49,063 bases of DNA from Candidatus Magasanikiibacteriota bacterium (GTDB lineage: Bacteria; Patescibacteriota; Patescibacteriia; Magasanikbacterales; UBA922): NCBI GenBank assembly GCA_023246555.1, contig JAHFIC010000002.1, positions 1 to 49,063 of the forward strand, given 5' to 3'. The position numbers and the translations under genes were made by a program. The notes under the pieces were generated by a model. That model had not been told where the DNA came from, made no database searches, and saw nothing but the letters and a program-made list of their open reading frames with translations. Shown one piece after another: positions 8,850 to 16,850 of this stretch (its first letter is position 1; each line of letters opens with the position of its first letter).

Positions 8850-9215
8850 CTAGATTGCTGGTGGAGGAGTTGAGACGTCAGATGATGTTGCGGGGAGGAG
8901 AGATTTGTTCAGCTCGGCATAGAGAATCACCTGTGCCGCGGTTGTGAGTGGCGCCACAAAAACGGACACCCCCGCAGTAAAGAGTCCTCCGACGAGGGCG
9001 ATGAATAGATAAGGGAGTGTTCCTGCTTCCATATTTTTTAGAAGAAGCTCTGCCGGGAGACCCACCACCGCTTGGGCAAGAAGGATAATAATACCGAAAG
9101 CAATAGCAGGAATAAGTAATCGGATAAGGACACCCCACCACCGTCCTTTGACGAGTTGTTTGCTGAGTGAAAGGGCCTTTGTGCCGCGCGCGTTATCTAA
9201 CACAACTGCGTTCAT
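8850..9215 (-). CDS. membrane protein, C-terminal half of a gene split by an in-frame TGA
   Basis: Multi-TM ORF in the same frame as 9270..9638. The 57 nt between the two ORFs translate without a stop as FVLLIIPGIIFSVWFAFT. Confidence 0.55.
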   Translation of the reverse strand: MNAVVLDNARGTKALSLSKQLVKGRWWGVLIRLLIPAIAFGIIILLAQAVVGLPAELLLKNMEAGTLPYLFIALVGGLFTAGVSVFVAPLTTAAQVILYAELNKSLLPATSSDVSTPPPAI

Positions 9216-9269
9216 GGTGAAGGCAAACCAGACTGAAAAAATAATACCTGGGATAATAAGTAAAACAAA

Positions 9270-9638
9270 TCAACCAATAATTGCGAGTCCGCTCAGAATA
9301 GTTGCGACAATAACTGGCCAAATGAGGGTTGACGCTTCTGTCAACATGATTTTTACATCACGTACTGGGCGTCCATCGTACCGTTCTGCGACAGCACGGA
9401 GTAGGGCAATGCCAATCCACAACGATACCAGACCGGCGGCGATAAAGATGAAAAACGCAATCATACCGACGATGCTTGAAGAGGGTTTTTCTTTGAAAAA
9501 ATCTACCATGACGCCCACAATGATAGACAGTCCGGATGGGAGAAAGAGGAGCTTTACGTAGCGGGCAAAAAAGTCCTTGTTTTGTTTGTAGAGCTCAATG
9601 CTTTTTTTTACGATATCGGTTGGACTGATGAGATTCAT
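9270..9638 (-). CDS. membrane protein, N-terminal half (ends at the in-frame TGA 9270..9272)
   Basis: TM-rich ORF whose start forms an ATGA overlap with the tmk stop. The reading frame continues into 8850..9215. Confidence 0.6.
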   Translation of the reverse strand: MNLISPTDIVKKSIELYKQNKDFFARYVKLLFLPSGLSIIVGVMVDFFKEKPSSSIVGMIAFFIFIAAGLVSLWIGIALLRAVAERYDGRPVRDVKIMLTEASTLIWPVIVATILSGLAIIG

Positions 9639-10333
9639 AGAATATGCTTAAGAAGCCGAAGAGCTTCTTCTTTCATTATAGCAAGCGGTACCCCGCCATT
9701 CAAGATGTGGATATGTGTTCCTCGACTTCGGAAGAGCTCTTGGTAGCTGTGGCTCAGGAATCGTTGCCGTGCTTTTATGAGAAAGCTTTCTTTTTCAAAG
9801 AGCGCACGATCCTGCTTTTGTCGTTCCAAAAGTCGTGAGATGGCGATGGCTGGCTCGATGTCAACAAGAATAAGGTGGTTTGGCGCATGGGTGAGAGCAA
9901 ACGCGTTGCCGGGAATATTGGCAATGACTTCTGGCGTGAGATCTGTATGGTGGAGCGGCTGATAACAGAGCGATGTTGAGACGCCACGATCCTGGATAAC
10001 AAGGAGGTTTTTTTGGAGCGCGGGTACGATCACGGCGGCGTACAGTATTTTTCTGTCCTCGGCGTAGGCCTCGGCAATTTGGCGGGGCGTGTATGGGGTG
10101 CCGGAGACGATCATTTCTTCGCGGATTTTTTTTCCAATCCCGACAAAGGTTGGTTCGGCCGATATGATGACCGTGTGGGGTTTGAATTCCTCGGGCGTGG
10201 GGTGTCGGCCATGTGTTTTCCAGAATGTTCGAAGCGAAAGAATGGGTGCATTTTTGTTTTGTAAAAAATCGATCCACGTGTCGATAACCGTGCTTTTCCC
10301 CGCACCATCAATACCGTCGACCATGATGAACAT
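9635..10333 (-). CDS. tmk: thymidylate (dTMP) kinase
   Basis: P-loop MVDGIDGAGKST at the N-terminus, appropriate length, and context next to folA/thyA. Confidence 0.85.
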   Translation of the reverse strand: MFIMVDGIDGAGKSTVIDTWIDFLQNKNAPILSLRTFWKTHGRHPTPEEFKPHTVIISAEPTFVGIGKKIREEMIVSGTPYTPRQIAEAYAEDRKILYAAVIVPALQKNLLVIQDRGVSTSLCYQPLHHTDLTPEVIANIPGNAFALTHAPNHLILVDIEPAIAISRLLERQKQDRALFEKESFLIKARQRFLSHSYQELFRSRGTHIHILNGGVPLAIMKEEALRLLKHIL

Positions 10334-10344
10334 AATTGGAGAAA

Positions 10345-10815
10345 CTATAATTTTTTGTATGTGACAAATGAAAACTCATTGTGATCTTCCCGTTCCGTTT
10401 CTTTCCAAATATTTTTGTCAATGTCCGGAAAAAACGCGTCACCGTCGACATCCATATCAACCTGGGTGATAAAGAGCGTGTCCGCTTTGTCAATCGTTTG
10501 GCGGTAGATTTCGGCTCCGCCGATGACCATGATGTCGTTGTCTTGGTACGCGGCGAGCGCATCGTCGATGGAGACGTATACCTCAACTCCTACCGGGACT
10601 TTATAGGGTATTTGTCGAGTAATGACAATGTTTTTCCTATTCGGAAGAGGACGGAATTTTGGCGGAAGCGATTCCCATGTTTTTCGGCCCATGAGGACAA
10701 TTTTTCCATTCGTAATTTTTTTAAAATGTTGCATATCCTCTGGGATCTGCCAGGGGATCGTATTGTGGTGGCCAATGCAGTTGTTTTTCGCGATAGCGGC
10801 AATGAGAGCAATCAT
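10345..10815 (-). CDS. folA: dihydrofolate reductase
   Basis: IAAIAKNNCIGHHNTIPW...LMGRKTWESLP motifs; 156 aa. Confidence 0.9.
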   Translation of the reverse strand: MIALIAAIAKNNCIGHHNTIPWQIPEDMQHFKKITNGKIVLMGRKTWESLPPKFRPLPNRKNIVITRQIPYKVPVGVEVYVSIDDALAAYQDNDIMVIGGAEIYRQTIDKADTLFITQVDMDVDGDAFFPDIDKNIWKETEREDHNEFSFVTYKKL

Positions 10816-11684
10816 ACCGCGATTTCAAATTGAATCTTTGGATGACTTTGGTAGCCGACGATTTTTGATTGCTCGGATTGCCAGTCAAAAATCGACGTAA
10901 AATTATCCGTTTGTATTTGGCAGGGGGGGTAGAGGTTTGGATCGCGGGTGGTCTGTTCTTTGGCGCCATCCATGTGGTTTACATATATATGTACATCGGC
11001 AAGAAAACCGACGAGTTTGCCCTCTCTAAGTCCGGTTTCTTTCGCAAGAAGATGCAGTAGAAGCGCGTAGCTCGCGATGTTGAACGGAAGTCCGAGCATG
11101 GTGTCCACCGAGCGCTGATTCCAGAGCAGATTCAATCTGCCGTTGATGACCGTGACTTGAAACGCGTAGTGACACGGCGGGAGAGCCATTTCCGAGAGTT
11201 TGACCGGGTTCCAGGCGGAGACAATCATGCGGCGGTCATTTGGATTTGATTTTAAGGTTTCAACGACACGTCGCAGCTGGTCAACGCCTTTCTCGGTGTA
11301 GTCGGTGTCGTAATTCAAGTAGTCGGCGCCAAAATGCCGCCATTGGAAGCCATAGATCGGTCCCAAATCGCGCTCTTCAAGCATCCGCTGTTTTGACCCT
11401 TCATCGTGGCCATATGGCGCTTTTTTTGGGGAAGCCCATTCATCCCAGATGTGGTTGTTGCGTTCTTGGAGCCAACTCTTATCCGTGATGCCTTTAATGA
11501 AAAATTCCAACTCCGACGCAATCACCTTGAATGGCATTTTTTTGGTGGTGAGAAGCGGGAAACCATGCGCCATGTCATGTTCAAACATGGCGCCGGCAAT
11601 GGCGATCGCATCAATGCCAGTGCGGTTTCCTTTTCGCTCTCCGTGCGTGAACACTTTTTGCACGATGTCTAAATAGGCTTGCAT
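10812..11684 (-). CDS. thyA: thymidylate synthase (ThyA type)
   Basis: NRTGIDAI...GFPLLTTKK and PPCH motifs. The start at 11684 (MQAYLDIV) avoids overlap with dut; the longest ORF runs to 11741. Confidence 0.93.
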   Translation of the reverse strand: MQAYLDIVQKVFTHGERKGNRTGIDAIAIAGAMFEHDMAHGFPLLTTKKMPFKVIASELEFFIKGITDKSWLQERNNHIWDEWASPKKAPYGHDEGSKQRMLEERDLGPIYGFQWRHFGADYLNYDTDYTEKGVDQLRRVVETLKSNPNDRRMIVSAWNPVKLSEMALPPCHYAFQVTVINGRLNLLWNQRSVDTMLGLPFNIASYALLLHLLAKETGLREGKLVGFLADVHIYVNHMDGAKEQTTRDPNLYPPCQIQTDNFTSIFDWQSEQSKIVGYQSHPKIQFEIAV

Positions 11685-11688
11685 AGCA

Positions 11689-12111
11689 CTAAAATTTTCC
11701 AGTACTGCCGAACTGGCCCGTGCCACGAGAACTATCAGCAAGTGCGGTCGTTTCTACCAAGGTTGCGATGGCGACCGGAAAAATCACGAGCTGGGCGATT
11801 TTTTGGCCTGGTTCTATGGTAAACGGCGCATCGGAGAGATTCACCAGGTTCACATTGTATTCGCCGCGATACCCTGCGTCAAAGATGCCGCCCATGGTGT
11901 GGAGACCGGCTTTTGAGATACTGCCTTTGTCTTTCACAATCGCCGCGTATCCAGTATCGAACTCCAGCGCAAATCCGAGCATGAATAACCTTCGCTCACC
12001 CGGTTGGAGCACAAAGTGTTCAAGCGAAAAAAGATCAAGTCCAACATCGCCCGGGTGGGCGTACGAGGGGAGCTTGGTGTCGGGGTGAAGTCGTTTAATT
12101 TTTATTTCCAT
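11689..12111 (-). CDS. dut: dUTP diphosphatase
   Basis: KLPSYAHPGDVGLDL and GSTG motifs; 140 aa. Confidence 0.92.
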   Translation of the reverse strand: MEIKIKRLHPDTKLPSYAHPGDVGLDLFSLEHFVLQPGERRLFMLGFALEFDTGYAAIVKDKGSISKAGLHTMGGIFDAGYRGEYNVNLVNLSDAPFTIEPGQKIAQLVIFPVAIATLVETTALADSSRGTGQFGSTGKF

Positions 12112-12661
12112 ATTTTTCTTTCAAAACATCCAATTGTCGGTACAACTCGTTTATTGATCCATTGTTGTCGATTTTTTCCGTTGCGTATTGCAACACCTCG
12201 GGGATGCTCATTTCAGTTGACCGTTCATGATCTTTCAGGAATTGTTCAAAAGTTTTTGTCCGATCATCTGGATTTTCTCCGCGTTCGATCATTCGCGTAT
12301 GTCGGATTTTTGCGTCGGCAATAATTTCCACAAGAACAAAATTCGGGAGGCGTTTTAGATATTCAATATCGGCCATGCGCCGAATGCCTTCGACGACCAC
12401 GATGGTGGCGTCGGCATGCTCCACGTCATGCGCCATGGTTTTGGCCATTAAGTCTTCGCCAAATGTACTACGCATGATCTCGGAGATTTTGATGAGATTG
12501 TCGCGGGTGTGCGGCAGATAGAATCGGTCAAGCGCATCTCGGAGCATGGTGGAAAAACGGAATGTTTTTGCTCCGTGCGCTTCCTCCAGATATTTTGCGG
12601 CCGTGCCTTTACCGCTCGCCATGAGTCCGCCAAAGCCAAAAATAATTTTATTGGTTGGCAT
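12095..12661 (-). CDS. P-loop nucleotide kinase, dNMP-kinase-like
   Basis: Walker A GFGGLMASGKGT near the N-terminus and a VEGIRRMADIEYL motif resembling phage-type dNMP kinases. Embedded between dCMP deaminase and dut. The start at 12661 is chosen to minimise overlap; the longest ORF runs to 12778. Confidence 0.6.
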   Translation of the reverse strand: MPTNKIIFGFGGLMASGKGTAAKYLEEAHGAKTFRFSTMLRDALDRFYLPHTRDNLIKISEIMRSTFGEDLMAKTMAHDVEHADATIVVVEGIRRMADIEYLKRLPNFVLVEIIADAKIRHTRMIERGENPDDRTKTFEQFLKDHERSTEMSIPEVLQYATEKIDNNGSINELYRQLDVLKEKYGNKN

Positions 12662-13139
12662 AATTTTCAATTGACTCATCGAAATAGTCGAGTTCGATGC
12701 CAATCTGTCGGAACATATCTTCGCTTTCACTTCCGGCATGATAGCGTTTTTCGCACACGACTCGCGTAATGCCGGCATTAATCATCATTTTTGCGCAGAC
12801 TGGACATGGCGTCATCTTGCAGTATAAGGTGCTCTCATCAATGGGCACGCCTAATTTTGCCGCCTGGACGATCGCATTTTGCTCTGCATGGGTTGTTCGG
12901 ACACAATGCTGGGTTTGGCGGCCATCCTCATGCGTTGTGGTTTTCATTTGGTGCCCGACATCATCGCAGTGTGGGAGGCCTTTTGGCGAGCCGACATATC
13001 CAGTGACAAGGATTTGCTTGTTTTTGGCAATCACGCAGCCGGAGCGGCCACGGTCGCAAGTCGCCCGCTTGGCCACGGCCCGCGCGATTTCCATGAAGTA
13101 TTCGTCCCAAGAGGGGCGTTTGAAGGCTAGAGATTCCAT
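12648..13139 (-). CDS. comEB: dCMP deaminase
   Basis: Zinc motifs HAEQNA and PCPVCAKMMINAGI; 163 aa. Confidence 0.9.
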   Translation of the reverse strand: MESLAFKRPSWDEYFMEIARAVAKRATCDRGRSGCVIAKNKQILVTGYVGSPKGLPHCDDVGHQMKTTTHEDGRQTQHCVRTTHAEQNAIVQAAKLGVPIDESTLYCKMTPCPVCAKMMINAGITRVVCEKRYHAGSESEDMFRQIGIELDYFDESIENYANQ

Positions 13140-13159
13140 AAGAATATGGGTATCCTAAC

Positions 13160-13192
13160 AAAAGCCCGCCGAGTTGAGAAGGGCGGGTTTTT
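13160..13192 (-). terminator. intrinsic terminator after rplA
   Basis: CCCGCC/GGCGGG stem flanked by A-rich and T-rich tracts. It lies 20 nt below the rplA stop and ~25 nt above the dCMP deaminase ATG. Confidence 0.6.
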
Positions 13193-13211
13193 GTGTTGTG
13201 TGCTGTTGCGT

Positions 13212-13898
13212 TTAAGAAGGGATTTCTACCTTAATGCTTGGTCCCATCGAAGTCGTGAGGTAGAGCGATTTGATGTAAGAACCTTTGGAAGACGATGGCT
13301 TGGCTTTTTTGAGGGCGTCCATAAAGGCCATAAAGTTTTCTTTGAGCTGTGCTTCGGAGAAGCTCACTTTGCCAATGGCCTGGTGAACATTGGCTGTGTC
13401 GTCGTTTTTGAATGCGGCTTTGCCTTTTTTGAGTTCGGCAATCATTTTTTTCACATCTTTGCCGACGGTGTCAGTTTTTGGATTCGGCATGAGGCCTTTG
13501 GGTCCGAGCACCTTTGCGGCCATGGCCATTTTGGGCATCATGTCCGGTGTCGCAATCGCAATCTCAAAAGCGATTTTACCGGTGTCTTTGATTTTTTTAA
13601 TGTCTTCCTCGCCATAGACAAAATCAGCGCCAGCTTCTTTGGCATCTTTTTCATCATTCGATCCGACAAATGCTGCCAGAATTTTGGTTTTTCCAGTGCC
13701 GTGGGGAAGGGCGACCGTCGCCCGGATTTGTTGTTCGCCTTTTGATGGATCAATGCCAAGATTGGCGTGGACTTCGACTGAAGCATCGAATTTCACCTTG
13801 CTCGTCTGTTTCACCAGCGCAATCCCCTCGTCGAGCGTGTAAACTTTGTTTTTATCAACCAGTGATTTTGCCGCGGTGATGCGTTTTCCTTCCGCCAT
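13212..13898 (-). CDS. rplA: 50S ribosomal protein L1
   Basis: Full-length L1-like sequence (MAEGKRITAAKSLVDKNKVYTL...). Confidence 0.95.
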   Translation of the reverse strand: MAEGKRITAAKSLVDKNKVYTLDEGIALVKQTSKVKFDASVEVHANLGIDPSKGEQQIRATVALPHGTGKTKILAAFVGSNDEKDAKEAGADFVYGEEDIKKIKDTGKIAFEIAIATPDMMPKMAMAAKVLGPKGLMPNPKTDTVGKDVKKMIAELKKGKAAFKNDDTANVHQAIGKVSFSEAQLKENFMAFMDALKKAKPSSSKGSYIKSLYLTTSMGPSIKVEIPS

Positions 13899-13999
13899 AG
13901 GTATAAGTTAGTGGTACGAACCCCTCGACTATGCGAGGGTCCCACCGATGAATAAATATGCGAATATGATGCCAGAGAGTCGGCTTATTGTCAAGCCAC

Positions 14000-14027
14000 T
14001 TGACAGAGGAAAATATTGGTATATACT
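14000..14027 (+). promoter_or_regulatory. sigma70-type promoter of the toxin-antitoxin operon, with palindromic operator candidates
   Basis: TTGACA (14000-14005), a 16-nt spacer, then TATACT (14022-14027). Palindromes GTATATAC (14019-14026) and GTATAC (14030-14035) overlap and follow the -10 box. Confidence 0.6.
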
Positions 14028-14059
14028 AAGTATACACTTTAGTCATTTATATAAAACAT

Positions 14060-14359
14060 ATGAAAACCGCAGTGATCAATGTGAAAACAGAGCCAAGAAT
14101 TAAAAAGAAAGCGCAGAAAATTGCCAATGATTTGGGATTGAGTTTGGGGGGAGTTATCAACGCGCTTCTCCATGATTTTGTGCGCAAACAACGGCTAGAG
14201 GTTGGGTATGAAGAAGAGCTAACGGATTACGCAGTTCAAGCGTTAAAAGAATCGGAGGAAGATATAAAAAATGGTTTCGCTTCTCCCGGCTTTGATAACG
14301 CGAAAGACGCTGTTGCCTGGCTGAAAAATCCACGACGAAAGTGTGCAAATCAGATTTAG
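14060..14359 (+). CDS. type II antitoxin, RelB/DinJ-like ribbon-helix-helix
   Basis: N-terminal INVKTEPRIKKKAQKIANDLGLSLGGVINALL is typical of DinJ/RelB. It overlaps the toxin gene by 17 nt. Confidence 0.75.
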   Translation: MKTAVINVKTEPRIKKKAQKIANDLGLSLGGVINALLHDFVRKQRLEVGYEEELTDYAVQALKESEEDIKNGFASPGFDNAKDAVAWLKNPRRKCANQI

Positions 14360-14606
14360 TCGGACGTTTCAGAAACAATTTGAGAAGGCATCAAAAGAAA
14401 TCCAAGAGGCGCTTGATGAACGAGTGCAAATTTTTCTACAGGATCAGTTTCATCCATTACTAAACAATCATCAGTTGCGTGGTGTATTCGTTGGCTGTCG
14501 AAGTATAAATATCACAGGTAATTGGCGAGTAGTATATCGCTATATTGAGCCGAACACGTTTGTTTTATTTGAATTTTTTGGCACCCACAGTGAACTGTAC
14601 AAATAG
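14343..14606 (+). CDS. type II toxin, RelE/ParE superfamily (YafQ-like mRNA interferase)
   Basis: 87 aa. The LNNHQLRGVFVGCRSINITGNWRVVYRY...FGTHSELY pattern matches RelE/YafQ-type toxins. Confidence 0.75.
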   Translation: MQIRFSRTFQKQFEKASKEIQEALDERVQIFLQDQFHPLLNNHQLRGVFVGCRSINITGNWRVVYRYIEPNTFVLFEFFGTHSELYK

Positions 14607-14608
14607 CT

Positions 14609-15628
14609 TCACTTTTTTTTTATTTCTGTCACATCATTTTGCACTTTGCCAGCGGCAAACGCTTTCACATTTTCAATTGTCGTATCCATGATCCGTTCGA
14701 GCGCCTCGAGCGAATTAAAGGCATTGTGCGGGGTAATGATGACATTGGGATGATCAATCAGCCGATTGTCCATGAGCACCGTTTTGATTTGTTCCGAAGT
14801 ATGGTGGGCGCGGATGAGGTGATCCGGGTGTTGCAGATCTTCTTCTTCTTCGAGCACATCAAGCCCGGCGCCTGCCAAGTGTCCGGTTTCAATCGCCCAA
14901 AGGAGCGCTTCGGTGTCAATCAATCCGCCGCGGGCGGTATTGATAAGATACGCGCCTTGTTTTATTTTTTTAATATTTTTTTTATTGATCAGGTGCGTGG
15001 TTTCTTTGAAAAGCGGCACGTGGAGCGTGATCACGTCGGACGACGCAAGGAGTTTTTCAAACGGGACATACATAAATCCAAGCGTGGTTTCAAGCGCCTT
15101 GTTTGGGAACGCATCGTAGGCAACAATCTTCATGTCAAAACCGGAAAGCATCTTGATCACATGCTTGCCGATGTTTCCGGTGCCAATAACGCCGACAGTC
15201 TTTCCTTTGAGGTCAAATCCACGGAGTCCGTCATAATTGAAGCTGCCTTCCTTCACGCGTTTGACCGACGGGAAGAGTTTCCGTGAGAGCGCCAAAAGGA
15301 GCGCCATGGCGTGTTCGGCCACGGTGTTTTCTCCATAAGTCGGGACATTACAAACCGGGACCTTTCTTTTTTTTGCTTCGTCCAGATCAATGTGGTCAAA
15401 GCCGGTTGACATAGTGACGATGAGTTTGAGCTTTGGCAGTCGATCAAAAACGGTTTTGTCAACCTTTGAACCAACAAAAACTCCCAAGACATCGGTGGTT
15501 GAATCAAGTTCATCGGGCGAAAGAAGCTCTTTCTCTTCGAGCGAAACGTGGAAGTCATTGAGATTTTCTTTCAAATAATCTTTGACCGCGGGGAAAACGC
15601 CGAAAAATTGGCAGGAGGGCTTCTCCAT
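14609..15628 (-). CDS. D-isomer-specific 2-hydroxyacid dehydrogenase (NAD-binding)
   Basis: GVIGTGNIGKHV Rossmann motif and catalytic R/E/H arrangement (ARGGLID...PHNAF). Confidence 0.88.
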   Translation of the reverse strand: MEKPSCQFFGVFPAVKDYLKENLNDFHVSLEEKELLSPDELDSTTDVLGVFVGSKVDKTVFDRLPKLKLIVTMSTGFDHIDLDEAKKRKVPVCNVPTYGENTVAEHAMALLLALSRKLFPSVKRVKEGSFNYDGLRGFDLKGKTVGVIGTGNIGKHVIKMLSGFDMKIVAYDAFPNKALETTLGFMYVPFEKLLASSDVITLHVPLFKETTHLINKKNIKKIKQGAYLINTARGGLIDTEALLWAIETGHLAGAGLDVLEEEEDLQHPDHLIRAHHTSEQIKTVLMDNRLIDHPNVIITPHNAFNSLEALERIMDTTIENVKAFAAGKVQNDVTEIKKK

Positions 15629-15655
15629 AATCTTTGGAATGATCCTGCGCTGGTG

Positions 15656-15901
15656 TTACCTACGTCCAGGGACACCGCCGCCTTCAAGTGATCTTCCTGG
15701 AACACCGCCACCCTCGACATTCCGAGGAATTCCAGGCACTCCACCTCCTGATACTTCGGGGGAGCCGGGGACGCCACCACCGGCATATTTATTGCCGGAC
15801 GGCAATGACAAAGCGGCCAGCGCCGCTGCTCCAGCGAGGAAGGCCGTGGCCACGAGGAGTTTAGTGTTGGTGACGCTTTTTGTTTTGACTTTTGTTTCCA
15901 T
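15656..15901 (-). CDS. small anchored or secreted protein with four GGGVPG (elastin-like) repeats
   Basis: N-terminal hydrophobic segment LLVATAFLAGAAALAAL followed by four GGGVPG units. It shares the strand of its neighbours. The opposite-strand GTPPP ORF overlaps the dehydrogenase start and has no signal peptide. Confidence 0.5.
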   Translation of the reverse strand: METKVKTKSVTNTKLLVATAFLAGAAALAALSLPSGNKYAGGGVPGSPEVSGGGVPGIPRNVEGGGVPGRSLEGGGVPGRR

Positions 15902-15954
15902 AGTAAAAAATATTAAATATCTTCAGGTATAAGTATACATCAAATTTAGGGAAT

Positions 15955-15983
15955 ACAAAAACAGCGCTTTCGGGCTGCTTTTG
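15955..15983 (-). terminator. intrinsic terminator after rplK
   Basis: CAGC...GCTG hairpin around GCTTTCGG, followed by U5 on the minus strand, just below the rplK stop. Confidence 0.5.
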
Positions 15984-15989
15984 TTTGTT

Positions 15990-16415
15990 TTATCCTTCCA
16001 CTACTACTCCCATCTGCCGCGCTGTTCCGGCGATGGTATTCATCGCGGCGTCAATGTCTTTGGTATTCAAGTCAGACAGTTTTTTTTCGGCGATTTCGCG
16101 GAGCTGTTTTTTGGTGATTTTTCCGACTTTATCTTTCAGCGGATTTCCGGCGCCTTTCGGGATGCCGGCCGCTTTGGCAATGAGGCCAGAGGCCGGGGCG
16201 ACTTTGGTGATAAAGGTAAATGACCGGTCTTCAAAGACACTAATCACGACCGGCACTATTTCGCCTTTTCGATCCTGGGTTGCGTCATTGAATTTCTTAC
16301 AGAAATCCTGAATGTTCAAGCCGTGCTGGCCGAGCGCTGGTCCGACCGGAGGAGCGGGGTTCGCCGCGCCGCCCGTGATTTGCAGTTTGATTTGAGTAAC
16401 AAGTTTTTTGGCCAT
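15990..16415 (-). CDS. rplK: 50S ribosomal protein L11
   Basis: [32 protein letters not shown] is a canonical L11 N-terminus. Confidence 0.95.
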   Translation of the reverse strand: MAKKLVTQIKLQITGGAANPAPPVGPALGQHGLNIQDFCKKFNDATQDRKGEIVPVVISVFEDRSFTFITKVAPASGLIAKAAGIPKGAGNPLKDKVGKITKKQLREIAEKKLSDLNTKDIDAAMNTIAGTARQMGVVVEG

Positions 16416-16426
16416 ACAATTATTTT

Positions 16427-16461
16427 GCTTTCAGCTGTCGGCTGTCTGCTTTCAGCTACCT
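16427..16461. repeat. heptamer array, 5 x GCTNNNN (left flank of the four-helix-bundle gene)
   Basis: Reads GCTTTCA GCTGTCG GCTGTCT GCTTTCA GCTACCT on the plus strand. Confidence 0.85.
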
Positions 16462-16496
16462 ACTTGAGAAGCGTCTCTTGCGAGAACCAAGTAAGA

Positions 16497-16850
16497 TCAT
16501 TTATTTAGTACTTGGATAAATGCGTTAATTCTTTTCCCTAAGTCGTGACTTTTATGATATACATTATCAAACATGGTTTTGTCAATGTATCCTTGGTCTA
16601 GTGCAATGTAACAGCCAGAAATAACTTCATTGAGCGATGTGTAAGCGATTCGGAGAAAACGAGCAAAGTCAATATCTGAACCTCGATCTGTACCCTCGGC
16701 AATATTTAACATTACTGATATTCCCGCACGACGTATCTGGGAAGTTAATGCGAAAAGTTCATCTTTTGGGAATAATTTGGTTAGCTTGTAAATAATGCGA
16801 ACAAACTCTCGTGCCATTTGCCAAATTTCCAATTTTTCGAAACGGTACAC
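16497..16850 (-). CDS. four-helix-bundle protein (23S rRNA intervening-sequence protein / Avd-like family)
   Basis: FEKLEIWQMAREF...LTSQIRRAGISVMLNIAEGTDRGS...SLNEV pattern is typical of this family. The GTG start lies inside the last heptamer of the right array. Confidence 0.85.
   Translation of the reverse strand: MYRFEKLEIWQMAREFVRIIYKLTKLFPKDELFALTSQIRRAGISVMLNIAEGTDRGSDIDFARFLRIAYTSLNEVISGCYIALDQGYIDKTMFDNVYHKSHDLGKRINAFIQVLNK

Noticed and set aside
9270-9272. The in-frame TGA as evidence for genetic code 25 or 4 (TGA as Gly or Trp), as in Gracilibacteria/SR1.
   Set aside because: TGA clearly terminates several well-conserved genes here (pyrI, gatB, tmk, nusG) at their expected C-termini. 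The standard code 11 therefore applies.
15582-15932. The plus-strand 116-aa ORF encoding PGTPPP repeats.
   Set aside because: It overlaps the dehydrogenase start, has no N-terminal signal, and runs against the local gene direction. The complementary frame (GGGVPG repeats with an N-terminal anchor) is more plausible, though not proven.
16497-16850. The four-helix-bundle gene as the Avd component of a diversity-generating retroelement.
   Set aside because: No reverse transcriptase gene and no template/variable repeat pair is visible anywhere in the window. The flanking repeats are heptamer arrays, not TR/VR.
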